Shown here one piece after another: positions 1-9,153 of a stretch of 64,000 bases of DNA. Below the pieces are notes generated by a model. The model had not been told where the DNA came from and ran no database searches. It saw nothing but the letters and a program-made list of their open reading frames with translations. Both the position numbers and the translations under genes were made by a program. Numbering within the stretch: position 1 is the first letter of the stretch; the number at the start of each line of letters is the position of its first letter. The stretch is from Gaiellales bacterium (lineage in GTDB: Bacteria; Actinomycetota; Thermoleophilia; Gaiellales; JAICJC01), in NCBI GenBank assembly GCA_036273335.1, contig DASUHT010000019.1, positions 3,577 through 67,576 of the forward strand. The letters run 5' to 3'.

Positions 1-262
1 GTGCGACGCCTCGGCGACGGTGGTCGTGGTGAACGGCGACACCGACCAGGTAGTACCCGTCACGTCCGTCATCGGGGTCGGCTGTCCACAGGGCCGCCCG
101 CCCGTAGCCGACGACGGCGTCGTCCCGCTCAGCGACCACGAGCAGTCGATCGGGCTCGCGAAGGTCCCGGTCAAGGTTCGTCGGCGAGTCGTTCGACAGG
201 CCGCGTGAAATCCCGTAGCACGCCGCCAGATCACTCGGCGTGGCAACCCGGATGCCGCTCAC
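1..262 (-). CDS. GNAT-family N-acetyltransferase, N-terminal part (gene runs off the window start)
   Basis: Own minus-strand translation from GTG at 262 gives VSGIRVATPSDLAACYGISRGL...GYYLVGVAVHHDHRRRGVA. The end matches the GNAT acetyl-CoA motif (V-x-V-x4-R-x-x-G-x-A). It is absent from the ORF track because no stop lies in the window. Confidence 0.5.
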   Translation of the reverse strand, partial: MSGIRVATPSDLAACYGISRGLSNDSPTNLDRDLREPDRLLVVAERDDAVVGYGRAALWTADPDDGRDGYYLVGVAVHHDHRRRGVA

Positions 263-445
263 AGCAGAGAGGATAGAGCCCGACTGGGTACGCGCTCGAC
301 GGCGAAGTTCGGTTAAACTCGGGATGGTTCTGTTCACTCCCGACCCGGCGGACCTGTTCCAACGCGCGCGCCGGCGGTGTCCCTGCGGGGATTCCGGTGC
401 GCAACCCGCCGGAATTCATCCGTAACCGATTCAGGAGGAATGCGC

Positions 446-1324
446 GTGCCCAGCGTCACCATGCGCGAGCTGCTCGAGGCCGGCGTGCACTTCGGCCACC
501 AGACGCGCCGTTGGAACCCCAAGATGCGCCGGTTCATCTTCGGCGAGCGAGGGGGCATCTACATCATCGACCTGCAGCAGACGTCGGAGCTTCTCGACGA
601 GGCGTCGCAGTACCTGCAGAACATCGGCGAGCGAAACGGCAGCGTGCTCTTCGTGGGCACCAAGAAGCAGTGCCAGGACGCGGTCGAGACGAATGCCCGG
701 CGCACCGGCCAGCCCTATGTGAACCACCGCTGGCTGGGCGGCCTCTTGACCAACTACCGCACCATCCAGGAGCGCATCGGCGCCCTGCACGAGCTGCGCC
801 GGCAGAAGTCGGAAGGCCAGCTCGACCTGCTCCCGGCCAAGGAGCGGCAGGTCGCCCTGTCCGAGCTGGAGAAGCTCGAGACCAACCTCGGCGGCGTCGC
901 CGACACCCGCAAGCTGCCGGATGCCGTCGTCGTCATCGACATGAAGAAGGAGGCGCTCGCCGTGCGCGAGGCGCGGCGCCTGAACATCCCGGTGGTGGGG
1001 CTCGTGGACACCAACTGCGACCCCGACGAGGCGGACTTCGTGATCCCCGGAAACGACGATGCAATCCGCTCCACCAGCCTGATCGTGCGCGTCCTCGCGG
1101 ACGCCGTCGCCGAGGGCCGGAACAAGGGCGTCACGGTCGCCGACTTCGAGCAGTCGGAGAACGGCGCCGAGGGCGAGCAGCCTACCGAGGGCGAGCAGCC
1201 GCCCGATGGTGACGCCGCCGCGGCGCCGGAGGAGGCTCCGGCGGCAGAGCCGGCGGCGGAGGCTGCCGAGGCCCCGGCGGAGCCTGCCGCCGAGCAGGCG
1301 GCCGCCACCGAGGAGCCGGCATGA
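446..1324 (+). CDS. rpsB: 30S ribosomal protein S2
   Basis: In frame of ORF 377..1324. [26 protein letters not shown] is the S2 N-terminal signature. AGGAGG at 433-438 lies 7 nt before GTG 446, giving an N-terminus co-linear with E. coli S2; ATG 440 is the alternative start. The C-terminus has an acidic Ala/Glu/Pro-rich tail. Confidence 0.95.
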   Translation: MPSVTMRELLEAGVHFGHQTRRWNPKMRRFIFGERGGIYIIDLQQTSELLDEASQYLQNIGERNGSVLFVGTKKQCQDAVETNARRTGQPYVNHRWLGGLLTNYRTIQERIGALHELRRQKSEGQLDLLPAKERQVALSELEKLETNLGGVADTRKLPDAVVVIDMKKEALAVREARRLNIPVVGLVDTNCDPDEADFVIPGNDDAIRSTSLIVRVLADAVAEGRNKGVTVADFEQSENGAEGEQPTEGEQPPDGDAAAAPEEAPAAEPAAEAAEAPAEPAAEQAAATEEPA

Positions 1325-1935
1325 GCACGTCCTACAAGCCGACCGCTGCCGAGGTGAAGGAGCTCCGCGAGGCCACACAGGCCGGGATGATGGACTGCAA
1401 GCGGGCGCTCGAGGAGACCGCCGGCGACATGGATGCGGCCACCAAATGGCTGCGCGAGAAGGGCATCGCGTCGGCCGGCAAGCGGGCCGGCCGGGGCACC
1501 GGCGAGGGCGTCATCGAGAGCTACGTCCACGACGGCAAGATCGGGGCGATGGTCGAGGTCGGCAGCGAGACCGACTTCGTCGCCCGCAACGAGACCTTCC
1601 GCGCCTTCGCCCGCAAGGTGGCCCTGCAGATCGCCGCCGGAGCGCACCTGCGGGTGGTCTCCGAGGACGACTTGACGGAGGAGTTCCGGGCGTCCGAGCT
1701 CGAGATCTTCCGCGCCAAGGCGGCGGCCGAGGGCAAGCCGGAGGCGATGCTGGACAAGATCGCCGAGGGCATGTGGAAGAAGTCGCTGACCGACTACGTC
1801 CTGCTCAACCAGCCGTCGATCCGGCCGGAGGACGACGGCAAGACGATCGAGACGCTGCGCGCAGAGCTCTCCGGTACCCTGGGAGAGAACATCCAGATCA
1901 AGCGCTTCGCGCGCTTCCAGATCGGGGTGGAGTGA
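1321..1935 (+). CDS. tsf: Elongation factor Ts
   Basis: ORF 1321..1935 with an ATGA overlap onto the rpsB stop. N-terminal UBA-like motif [24 protein letters not shown]. Canonical rpsB-tsf pairing. Confidence 0.93.
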   Translation: MSTSYKPTAAEVKELREATQAGMMDCKRALEETAGDMDAATKWLREKGIASAGKRAGRGTGEGVIESYVHDGKIGAMVEVGSETDFVARNETFRAFARKVALQIAAGAHLRVVSEDDLTEEFRASELEIFRAKAAAEGKPEAMLDKIAEGMWKKSLTDYVLLNQPSIRPEDDGKTIETLRAELSGTLGENIQIKRFARFQIGVE

Positions 1936-2720
1936 GCGAACCCGGCGACAGACCGGTCTTCAGCCGCGTCCTGGTCAAGCTGTCGGGCGAGGCGCTCATG
2001 GGCGACCGCGACTACGGCCAGGATCCAGAGCGGATCCAGGCCGTCGCGCGGGCCATCCACGAGGTCGGCAACATGGTCGAGACGGCGATCGTCGTCGGCG
2101 GCGGGAACATCCTGCGCGGCACCCAGGAGGCGGCGCGCGGCATGGACCGGGCGACCGCCGACTACGCCGGCATGCTGGCCACGGTGCTGAACGCGCTCAC
2201 GGTGCAGGACGCGCTTGAGAAGCTCGGCACCCACACCCGCGTGATGTCGGCGATCGACGTCCACGACGTGGCCGAGCCGTACATCCGCCGGCGGGCGATC
2301 CGGCACCTGGAGAAGGGGCGGGTGGTGATCTTCGCGGCGGGCACCGGCAACCCGTTCTTCACGACCGACACCGCCGCTGCGCTGCGGGCTCTGGAGCTGG
2401 CGGCGCAGGCGATCCTGATGGGCAAGAACGGGGTCCAGGGGGTGCTCGACGCCGATCCCCGGACGCACCCGAACGCCGCCCTGATCCCGCAGCTCACGCA
2501 CATCGAGGCGATCGAACGGGGACTCAAGGTCATGGACATCACGGCGCTCTCGCTGTGCATGGACAACCGGCTCCCGCTGTACGTGTTCAATCTGGACGAC
2601 GAGCGGAACATCCGCAGGATCGTGACCGGCGAGCGGATCGGCACGATCATCTCGTCGCCGCCCCCCGACCCGCGACCGTCAAGTGGTGAGATCCCCGTCG
2701 AGGTGACCCATGATCGATGA
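1932..2720 (+). CDS. pyrH: UMP kinase
   Basis: Frame of ORF 1206..2720, starting at GTG 1932 (GTGA overlap with the tsf stop). [13 protein letters not shown] and [10 protein letters not shown] amino-acid-kinase motifs. tsf-pyrH-frr synteny. Confidence 0.92.
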   Translation: MSEPGDRPVFSRVLVKLSGEALMGDRDYGQDPERIQAVARAIHEVGNMVETAIVVGGGNILRGTQEAARGMDRATADYAGMLATVLNALTVQDALEKLGTHTRVMSAIDVHDVAEPYIRRRAIRHLEKGRVVIFAAGTGNPFFTTDTAAALRALELAAQAILMGKNGVQGVLDADPRTHPNAALIPQLTHIEAIERGLKVMDITALSLCMDNRLPLYVFNLDDERNIRRIVTGERIGTIISSPPPDPRPSSGEIPVEVTHDR

Positions 2721-3267
2721 CGTTCTGAGCGATGCCAACACGCGGATGGACAAGAGCGTCGAGGCGGCCAAGCACGAGTTCACGAGCATCCGCACCGGCC
2801 GCGCATCGGCGGCGCTGCTCGAGCGCGTCCAGGTGAGCGCCTACGGGACCAAGATGCCCGTCAACCAGGTGGCGACGATCTCCGTCCCGGAGCCGCGGCT
2901 GCTCTCCATCACACCCTTCGACAAGGGCACCATCAAGGACATCGAGCGGGCGATCCAGGAGTCCGACCTGGGTCTGACGCCGGCCAACGACGGCCAGGTG
3001 ATCCGGCTGCCCATCCCGCAGCTCACCGAGGAGCGGCGCAAGGAGCTCGTCCGCCAGGTGCGGCACATGGCCGAGGAGGGCAAGGTGGCCGCCCGGAACA
3101 TCCGCCGGGATGCGATCCACCACCTGAAGGAGCTTGAAAAAGACGGCGACGTGGGCGCGGACGACATCCGCCGCGCCGAAGATCGGCTTCAGAAGCTGAC
3201 CGATCAGCACACAGCGGCGATCGACGCCGCGCTGAAGGCCAAAGAAGCCGAGATCATGGAGGTCTGA
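2710..3267 (+). CDS. frr: Ribosome recycling factor
   Basis: ORF 2710..3267, 185 aa. Typical RRF sequence ([13 protein letters not shown]...[10 protein letters not shown]...). Conserved position after pyrH. Confidence 0.95.
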   Translation: MIDDVLSDANTRMDKSVEAAKHEFTSIRTGRASAALLERVQVSAYGTKMPVNQVATISVPEPRLLSITPFDKGTIKDIERAIQESDLGLTPANDGQVIRLPIPQLTEERRKELVRQVRHMAEEGKVAARNIRRDAIHHLKELEKDGDVGADDIRRAEDRLQKLTDQHTAAIDAALKAKEAEIMEV

Positions 3268-3305
3268 CGCTCGCCCCGCTGGCACAGCGGGTCCGCCGCT
3301 TCCGG

Positions 3306-4040
3306 ATGCTGCGGCGGATTCGCGGTGGCGACGACGGCGGGCCCCACGAGCTCCCCGGTTCGGCCGCCACCGTCGCCATCATCATGGACGGCAACGGACG
3401 CTGGGCGCGCCGCCGCGGCCTGCCCACCGCCGCCGGCCACCGAGCCGGCACGCGCGCGCTTCGGAGGACGGTCGAGGCGGCGCCCGATCTGGGAGTCCGG
3501 AGCCTGGCCGTGTACGCGTTCTCGACCGAGAACTGGGGCCGCCCGGCCGACGAGGTGGCCGAGCTGATGTCGCTCTTTGCCGACACGATCCGCCGCGAGT
3601 TCCCGGACCTGCACCGGCAAGGGGTGCGGGTGCGCTTCGTCGGTCGCCGCGACCGCTGCCCGCCCGACCTGCTGGAGCAGATGCGCGAGATGGAGGAGCG
3701 GACGGCCGAGAACCAGCGGCTGGATCTGTGGGTGGCCTTCGACTACGGCTCTCGGGACGAGATCGTGAACGCCATTCGCGACCTGATCGCGTCCGGGATC
3801 CGGCCGGAGGATGTCGACGAGAGGTCCGTTGCCTCGCATCTGTACGCTCCTCAGATGCCCGACCCCGACCTGGTGATTCGCACCTCCGGCGAGCTTCGGA
3901 TCTCGAACTTCTTCCTCTGGCAGGCCGCCTACAGCGAGTTCCACTTCACCCAGACGCTGTGGCCCGACTTCGGCGAGGCGGACCTGAGGGAAGCGCTGGA
4001 CGCCTACGCCACCCGCCGGCGGCGGTACGGGCGGAGATGA
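3306..4040 (+). CDS. uppS: Undecaprenyl-diphosphate synthase (cis-prenyltransferase)
   Basis: ORF 3306..4040 with motifs IIMDGNGRWA and RTSGELRISNFFLWQAAYSEF. Confidence 0.93.
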   Translation: MLRRIRGGDDGGPHELPGSAATVAIIMDGNGRWARRRGLPTAAGHRAGTRALRRTVEAAPDLGVRSLAVYAFSTENWGRPADEVAELMSLFADTIRREFPDLHRQGVRVRFVGRRDRCPPDLLEQMREMEERTAENQRLDLWVAFDYGSRDEIVNAIRDLIASGIRPEDVDERSVASHLYAPQMPDPDLVIRTSGELRISNFFLWQAAYSEFHFTQTLWPDFGEADLREALDAYATRRRRYGRR

Positions 4041-4852
4041 CGGGGCTGCCGTCGCGCGTCCTCATCGCGATCCCGCTCCTGGTGGCCGCGATCTATGCGG
4101 CCTACGTCGGCGGCTGGGTGCTCGCCGGCGCGGCGATCGTGGTCGGGATCCTCGCCCTGCACGAGTTCTATGCGATGACCCGCGAGTACCGGCCGCTGAT
4201 CCCGGCCGGCTTCGCCGGGCTGGCCATGGCGATCGCAGCGATCCACCTCGGCGGGGTGCAGTGGGCGGGCGTGGCGATCCCGGGGATGCTGCTGCTGGCG
4301 TTCTGGCTGTCCGCCGTCTCCGAGGTGCGCCAGAGCGCGACCGCGCAGCTTGCCGTGACCGTGCTCGGCGTCGTCTGGATCGGCTACGGGCTGGGCTTCC
4401 TGGTCGCCATCCGGGACATCCCGGGGCCGGACGACTGGGGCCGCGAGCTGCTGCTGGGGGTGTTCCTGGGGGCGTGGATCTCGGACACCGCGGCCTACCT
4501 CTTCGGGCGGATGTTCGGCCGCCGCCGGCTGGCCAGCCAGATCTCTCCGAACAAGACGGTCGAGGGCTTCGTGGCCGGCCTCGTGTTCGGGTTCGCGGCG
4601 GTCTTCTTCACCGTGTACCACGAGCCGGCGGCGGTGCCGCTGGCGCCGTTGCACGCCGTCGCGCTGGCGCTGGCGGTGACGATCGCGGCGCCTCTCGGCG
4701 ACCTCTTCGAGAGCTACCTGAAGCGAGACATGGGGGTGAAGGACACCGGCACGGTGCTGGGTGGCCACGGCGGCGTCCTCGACCGCATCGACGCGCTCCT
4801 GCTGGCCGGCGCTGCGGCCTACTTCGTCGCGCTGGCGATCGGCCGGGCCTAA
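4037..4852 (+). CDS. cdsA: Phosphatidate cytidylyltransferase
   Basis: Frame of ORF 3728..4852, starting at ATG 4037 (ATGA overlap with the uppS stop). Multi-pass hydrophobic protein with CDS signature SDTAAYLFGRMFGRRRLASQISPNKTVEG. Confidence 0.9.
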   Translation: MTGLPSRVLIAIPLLVAAIYAAYVGGWVLAGAAIVVGILALHEFYAMTREYRPLIPAGFAGLAMAIAAIHLGGVQWAGVAIPGMLLLAFWLSAVSEVRQSATAQLAVTVLGVVWIGYGLGFLVAIRDIPGPDDWGRELLLGVFLGAWISDTAAYLFGRMFGRRRLASQISPNKTVEGFVAGLVFGFAAVFFTVYHEPAAVPLAPLHAVALALAVTIAAPLGDLFESYLKRDMGVKDTGTVLGGHGGVLDRIDALLLAGAAAYFVALAIGRA

Positions 4853-4861
4853 CATCCGGAT

Positions 4862-5170
4862 GTGGCACCGGAACGTCGCTGGAAGCTTCTGAACCCGCTT
4901 CGCGGCGTGCGGACGCTGACCGAGGCCGGGTCGCAGGGGGCGCCGGTCGAACGGGCGCTCGAGGTGCTGAAGAAGCAGCGCCCCGACCTGGAGGTCGCGG
5001 GGCGGACGTGGTTCGGCTGGGAGCTGCCCGAGCAGCCTCGGGGGCGCTACCTGGCGGTCGGAAACGACCAGCGCGGCTACGTCGTCGACGCCGTCTCTGG
5101 CCACGTCCTCTGGGAGCGGGCGATCGAGAGCCGCAGGGATCTTCCGCGCTCGCTCACCGCGCTTCACTGA
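4862..5170 (+). CDS. Hypothetical small protein (102 aa)
   Basis: ORF 4862..5170 with balanced, protein-like composition (KKQRPDLEV, GYVVDAVSGHVLWERAIE). TAACAT at 4850-4855 lies 6 nt before GTG 4862. No family confidently recognised. Confidence 0.5.
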   Translation: MAPERRWKLLNPLRGVRTLTEAGSQGAPVERALEVLKKQRPDLEVAGRTWFGWELPEQPRGRYLAVGNDQRGYVVDAVSGHVLWERAIESRRDLPRSLTALH

Positions 5171-5209
5171 CCGTCGCCGCGGCCGGAGTTGCGTCGCCGC
5201 CACGCAGGA

Positions 5210-5243
5210 TGGAACAAAGGGGCCAGGCCCCCTTGTTCCACGA
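5210..5243. repeat. 34-bp hairpin element, copy 1 (TGGAACAAAGGGGCCAGGCCCCCTTGTTCCACGA)
   Basis: Identical to 30782..30815. Imperfect palindrome (GGAACAAAGGGG / CCCCCTTGTTCC) lying 39 nt after the stop at 5170. Confidence 0.85.
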
Positions 5244-5298
5244 CGCTGATTTGTTGGTGAACCGTGACGGCCCCCCAGGCGGCGCCAATGCGCCTGAG

Positions 5299-5304
5299 TA
5301 CACT
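5299..5304 (+). promoter_or_regulatory. Putative -10 box (TACACT) for leaderless dxr
   Basis: TAnnnT hexamer 7 nt upstream of ATG 5312; no Shine-Dalgarno sequence between them. Confidence 0.35.
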
Positions 5305-5311
5305 GGGACAG

Positions 5312-6457
5312 ATGAGAAGCGTGTGCGTCCTCGGCGCCACCGGCTCGATCGGCGTCCAGGCGCTCGAGGTGGTCGCGGCAAACCCAGAGCTTCGGATCTG
5401 CGGCCTGGCCGCCGGCGGCCGCGTCGATGAGCTGCTGGCCGCCGCCGCTGCCTGCGCGGCGCCGACGATCGCCCTCGCCGACCCGGCCGCGGCCGGCGCC
5501 GCCCGGGAGCGCTTCGCCGGCCGCGTCGAGTCCGGCCCGGAGGGGGTGCTCGAGCTCGTTCGAAGCTGCGGCGCCGACATCGTCCTGAACGGCGTGGTCG
5601 GCGCGGCCGGGCTGGAGGCGACCCTGGAGTCCTTCGCCGCCGGCGCCGACGTCGCGCTTGCCAACAAGGAGTCGCTGGTGGCCGGCGGCGACCTCGTGAT
5701 CGACGCCCAGCGCCGCTCTGGCCGGCGCCTGCTTCCGGTGGACAGCGAGCACTCGGCGCTTGCCCAGTGCCTGGAGGGCGCACCGTCGGAGACGATCGCC
5801 GGCCTGGTCATCACCGCCTCCGGCGGGCCGTTCCGCGGCCGAACTGCCGAGGCGCTCGCCGACGTGACGCCGGCCCAGGCGCTGCGCCACCCGACCTGGC
5901 GGATGGGCGACAAGATCACGATCGACTCGGCGACGCTGATGAACAAGGGCCTGGAGTTGATCGAGGCGCACTTCCTGTTTGACCAGCCGTACCGGGCGAT
6001 CGAGATCGTCGTCCACCCGCAGTCGACCGTGCACGGCATGGTGCGCTTCCGCGACGGCGCGCTGATCGCCCACCTCGGCCACCCCGACATGCGGGTGCCG
6101 ATCAGCTGGGCGCTCAGCTACCCCGACCGCGCCGCCACGCCGGCGCGGACGCTCGACATGTCCCAGCCGTGGTCGCTCGACTTCGAGCCGCCCGACCTGG
6201 AGAGCTTCCGCTGCCTGGCCCTCGCCCGCGCCGCCGGCGAGCGCGGAGGCACCGCGCCGGCGGTGCTGAACGCCGCCAACGAGGTGGCCGTCGCCGCCTT
6301 CCTGGACGGCGCGATCCGCTTCCCCGACATCGCCGCCGTCGTCGAGCAGGCGCTCGAGCGCGTCCCCGCCGAGCCGGCGGCGTCACTGGAGCCGGTGCGC
6401 GAGGCCGACGCCCGCGCCCGCCGGGCGGCCGGCGAGCTGACCGGAGCGGCCGCGTGA
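5312..6457 (+). CDS. dxr: 1-deoxy-D-xylulose-5-phosphate reductoisomerase
   Basis: Frame of ORF 5264..6457. MRSVCVLGATGSIGVQALEVV is the NADPH-binding N-terminus; LANKESLV and the remaining Dxr core are present. ATG 5312 is preferred over GTG 5264 because of the -10 spacing and N-terminal alignment. Confidence 0.92.
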   Translation: MRSVCVLGATGSIGVQALEVVAANPELRICGLAAGGRVDELLAAAAACAAPTIALADPAAAGAARERFAGRVESGPEGVLELVRSCGADIVLNGVVGAAGLEATLESFAAGADVALANKESLVAGGDLVIDAQRRSGRRLLPVDSEHSALAQCLEGAPSETIAGLVITASGGPFRGRTAEALADVTPAQALRHPTWRMGDKITIDSATLMNKGLELIEAHFLFDQPYRAIEIVVHPQSTVHGMVRFRDGALIAHLGHPDMRVPISWALSYPDRAATPARTLDMSQPWSLDFEPPDLESFRCLALARAAGERGGTAPAVLNAANEVAVAAFLDGAIRFPDIAAVVEQALERVPAEPAASLEPVREADARARRAAGELTGAAA

Positions 6458-7722
6458 GCTATCTGATCGCCATCGTCGGCCTGCTCGTGCTGGTTCTGAT
6501 CCACGAGCTCGGGCACTTCAGTGGCGCCAAGGCCACCGGCATGTGGGCGATGCGCTTCTCGATCGGCTTTCCGCCCTTCGTCCTCCGGCGGAAGGTTGGC
6601 GAAACCGAGTACACGCTGGGAGCGATCCCGCTCGGCGGCTACGTCAAGATCCCCGGCATGCTTCGCCCGGAGGCGGACGACCTGTACGCGGTGGACGACG
6701 TCCTGCTCCGGAACGAGGGCTTGCCGACGGACGCGGCGACGGCGCTCGGCGAGTCGGCCGACATTACCCGCGGCCACCTGCGGGCTGGACGCTGGGACGC
6801 CGCCCGCGAGTCGATCGGCGCCGTCCGCGAGGCGCTCGCGGGAACCGGCGACGCGCTCTCCGACCGCGACCGGGGGCGGGTGTCGAAGAACCTCGAGCGC
6901 CTCCAGGAGTCGCTCGACCCGCGGGCCTACTGGCGCTCCAGCCGGATTCGGCGCCTGATCGTCATCCTTGCCGGCCCGGCCACCAACATCGTCGCCTGCT
7001 TCCTGATCCTGGCCGTGGTTGCAGTGATCGGCCGCCCCGAGGGGTACATCGTGCCGACCGTGCACGCGGTGTTCGCCAAGACGCCCGCCGCCACCTCCGG
7101 CCTGCGCGCCGGCGACCGGCTGGTTTCCATCAACGGCGTCCACGGCTCGGTGAACAGGCTGCGGCAGGTGATCCAGGGAAGCGACGGTCACGTCGTTCGC
7201 GTCGTCGTCCGCCGCGACGGCAAGACGGTCGCACTGAAGCCGGTGCACAGCCAGCTGGTGGGCGGCTCGTACAAGCTCGGATTCGAGTTCAACGCGCGCA
7301 TCATCGAGCGCTCGTATCCGGTCTGGCAGGCTCCCGGCCTGGCCTGGGGCGACATGTGGCGGCTGACCACCGGAACCATCAGCGCGATCGGCAACGTGGT
7401 CACCCCGGCCGGGCGCTCCCAGCTGCACAGCGTGGTCGGCATCGTCTCGGTGTCGGCCGACGAGGTGCACTACGGCGCCGGCTACTACCTGACCCTGCTC
7501 GCCGACGTCTCGCTCGCCCTGGCCATCTTCAACCTGCTCCCGTTCCTGCCCCTGGACGGCGGCCATGTGCTGATGATCGCGCTCGAGAAGCTGCGCGGCC
7601 GGATGGTCTCGCGGGCAACCTTCGAGCGCGTGTCGGTGGTCGGGATCGCGCTCATGGCGCTGCTTTTCGTGACCGGCCTGCACAACGACATCGGCCAGCT
7701 GATCTCGACGCCTTCGCCGTGA
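6454..7722 (+). CDS. rseP: Site-2 (M50) zinc metalloprotease, RseP/Rip1-like
   Basis: Frame of ORF 6169..7722, starting at GTG 6454 (GTGA overlap with the dxr stop). HELGHF (HExxH) in the first TM helix, a PDZ-like middle region, and a C-terminal NLLPFLPLDGGH motif. Confidence 0.9.
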   Translation: MSYLIAIVGLLVLVLIHELGHFSGAKATGMWAMRFSIGFPPFVLRRKVGETEYTLGAIPLGGYVKIPGMLRPEADDLYAVDDVLLRNEGLPTDAATALGESADITRGHLRAGRWDAARESIGAVREALAGTGDALSDRDRGRVSKNLERLQESLDPRAYWRSSRIRRLIVILAGPATNIVACFLILAVVAVIGRPEGYIVPTVHAVFAKTPAATSGLRAGDRLVSINGVHGSVNRLRQVIQGSDGHVVRVVVRRDGKTVALKPVHSQLVGGSYKLGFEFNARIIERSYPVWQAPGLAWGDMWRLTTGTISAIGNVVTPAGRSQLHSVVGIVSVSADEVHYGAGYYLTLLADVSLALAIFNLLPFLPLDGGHVLMIALEKLRGRMVSRATFERVSVVGIALMALLFVTGLHNDIGQLISTPSP

Positions 7723-7750
7723 TCCGGACGCCCCCGATATCCTGCCGCTG

Positions 7751-8860
7751 ATGGCTTCGCGACTCCAGATTCGGGTCGGGGACGTGCCAGTCGGCGGCGG
7801 TGCGCCGGTCGCCGTCCAGTCGATGACGACGACCCAGACTTCGGATGTCGACGCGACACTGGGCCAGATCGCGCGGCTGGCCGAGGCGGGCTGTGAGCTC
7901 GTGCGGGTGGCGGTGCCCGGCCGCGCGGATGCCGACGCGCTACCGCAGATCGTCGAGCGCTCGCCGCTGCCGGTGATCGCGGACATTCACTTCAACGCCT
8001 CGCTGGCGCTGCGGGCGATCGAGGCCGGGGTCGCCTCGGTGCGGATCAACCCGGGGAACATCGGCGGTGCCGACAAGGTGGAGCAGGTGGTGGCGCACGC
8101 GAAAGCGGCGGGTATCCCGATGCGTATCGGCGCCAACTCGGGGTCGTTGCCCGATCACCTGCGCCAGTTCGCGACCAACGACCCGGCCGGGGCGCTGGTC
8201 GAGGCGGCGCTCGAGGAGGTGCGGCTGCTGGAGCGGCTGGACTTCCACGAGTTCAAGATCTCGGTCAAGAGCTCGTCGGTGCCGACGATGCTGGCGGCCT
8301 ACCGGCAGCTCGCCGAGCGGGTGCCCTATCCGCTGCATCTGGGTGTCACCGAGGCCGGGCCGGCGTTCACGGGGACGGTCAAGAGCTCGATCGGGATCGG
8401 CGCCCTCCTGGCAGAGGGGATCGGTGACACGATCCGCGTCTCGTTGACCGCCGACCCGGTTGAGGAGCCTCGGGTCGGTTGGGAGATCCTGCGTGTGCTC
8501 GGCCTCCGCCACAAGGGGCCGGTGATGATCGCCTGCCCGTCCTGCGGCCGCACCAATGTCGACGTGCTGGCACTCGCCGACGAGGTCGAGTCGCGGCTTA
8601 GCGGCTATCGGGAAGTGTTCGAGGTGGCGGTCATGGGCTGCGCGGTGAACGGCCCCGGGGAAGCGGGCGACGCCGATTTCGGGATCGCCGGTGGCCGCGA
8701 TGCGGGCTTCATCTATGCCCACGGAGAGGTGCTCCGCAAGGTGCCGCAGTCGGCGCTGGTGGACGAGCTCTTCCGCGAGATCGACGCCTGGATCGGGCAG
8801 GGGATGGCGCGTCCGCAGCGGAAGCTGCGCAAGCTCCGGCTCCCCGTCGCACAGGTGTAG
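7751..8860 (+). CDS. ispG: 4-hydroxy-3-methylbut-2-en-1-yl diphosphate synthase
   Basis: ORF 7751..8860, full-length GcpE-like sequence (VAVQSMTTT..., CPSCGRT, GCAVNGPGEA). TATCCT at 7738-7743 lies 7 nt before the ATG. Confidence 0.93.
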   Translation: MASRLQIRVGDVPVGGGAPVAVQSMTTTQTSDVDATLGQIARLAEAGCELVRVAVPGRADADALPQIVERSPLPVIADIHFNASLALRAIEAGVASVRINPGNIGGADKVEQVVAHAKAAGIPMRIGANSGSLPDHLRQFATNDPAGALVEAALEEVRLLERLDFHEFKISVKSSSVPTMLAAYRQLAERVPYPLHLGVTEAGPAFTGTVKSSIGIGALLAEGIGDTIRVSLTADPVEEPRVGWEILRVLGLRHKGPVMIACPSCGRTNVDVLALADEVESRLSGYREVFEVAVMGCAVNGPGEAGDADFGIAGGRDAGFIYAHGEVLRKVPQSALVDELFREIDAWIGQGMARPQRKLRKLRLPVAQV

Positions 8861-8869
8861 AGTGCGGCC

Positions 8870-9100
8870 ATGAGAAACGCCAACAAAGCATCCGTGGCAC
8901 GCAAGGCCGCGGTCTCCTACGGCACCTACATGATCATCCGGCGGGCGATCTCCCGGCAGGTCAACCGGGTGCGCCCCCAGGAGCCGCGCTCGAAGCGATG
9001 GCGAAAGCCGATCGCCGGCGGCACGGCGGTGGTGCTGGCCGCAGGCGCGGCCGGCGCGGTGGCCGTCCGCCAGCGGCGCCGCCAGCCCGTCGAGAGCTGA
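8870..9100 (+). CDS. Hypothetical small basic protein with one hydrophobic segment (76 aa)
   Basis: ORF 8870..9100. TAGAGT (8858-8863, containing the ispG stop) lies 6 nt before the ATG. A 13-bp perfect hairpin follows 8 nt after the stop. Contains the TM-like stretch GGTAVVLAAGAAGAVAV. Confidence 0.45.
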   Translation: MRNANKASVARKAAVSYGTYMIIRRAISRQVNRVRPQEPRSKRWRKPIAGGTAVVLAAGAAGAVAVRQRRRQPVES

Positions 9101-9108
9101 CCCGTCTG

Positions 9109-9138
9109 CCGAGCCGGGGTGCCGTCACCCCGGCTCGG
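9109..9138 (+). terminator. Stem-loop CCGAGCCGGGGTG-ccgt-CACCCCGGCTCGG
   Basis: Perfect 13-bp inverted repeat with a 4-nt loop, read directly from the sequence. There is no T-tract. It sits between the small ORF and dnaE. Confidence 0.5.
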
Positions 9139-9153
9139 TAGACTGCGGATCCC

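Noticed and set aside
263-445. Possible regulatory structure in the rpsB 5' region (ATTCCGG-tgcgcaacccg-CCGGAAT hairpin at about 388-414).
   Set aside because: Only a 7-bp stem is present. I cannot match it to the known S2 autoregulatory leader, which is described for gamma-proteobacteria. It is left unannotated.
1140-1320. Repetitive GAGGGCGAGCAGCC / GCCGAGGC units at the 3' end of rpsB.
   Set aside because: These are codon-level repeats encoding the low-complexity acidic tail of S2 (GEQP..., [17 protein letters not shown]). Such tails are common in actinobacterial S2, and this is not a separate element.
3275-3291. Small hairpin CCCGCTG-gca-CAGCGGG between frr and uppS.
   Set aside because: A 7-bp stem with a 3-nt loop and no T-tract is too small to call a terminator or attenuator with any confidence.
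4004-6082. 692-aa minus-strand ORF, with similar ones at 5164..6090 and 5154..5783.
   Set aside because: It lies antisense to the well-supported cdsA and dxr genes. Its composition is extreme in Arg/Ala/Gly/Pro, with no recognisable motif. This is the typical stop-codon-poor shadow frame of very GC-rich DNA.
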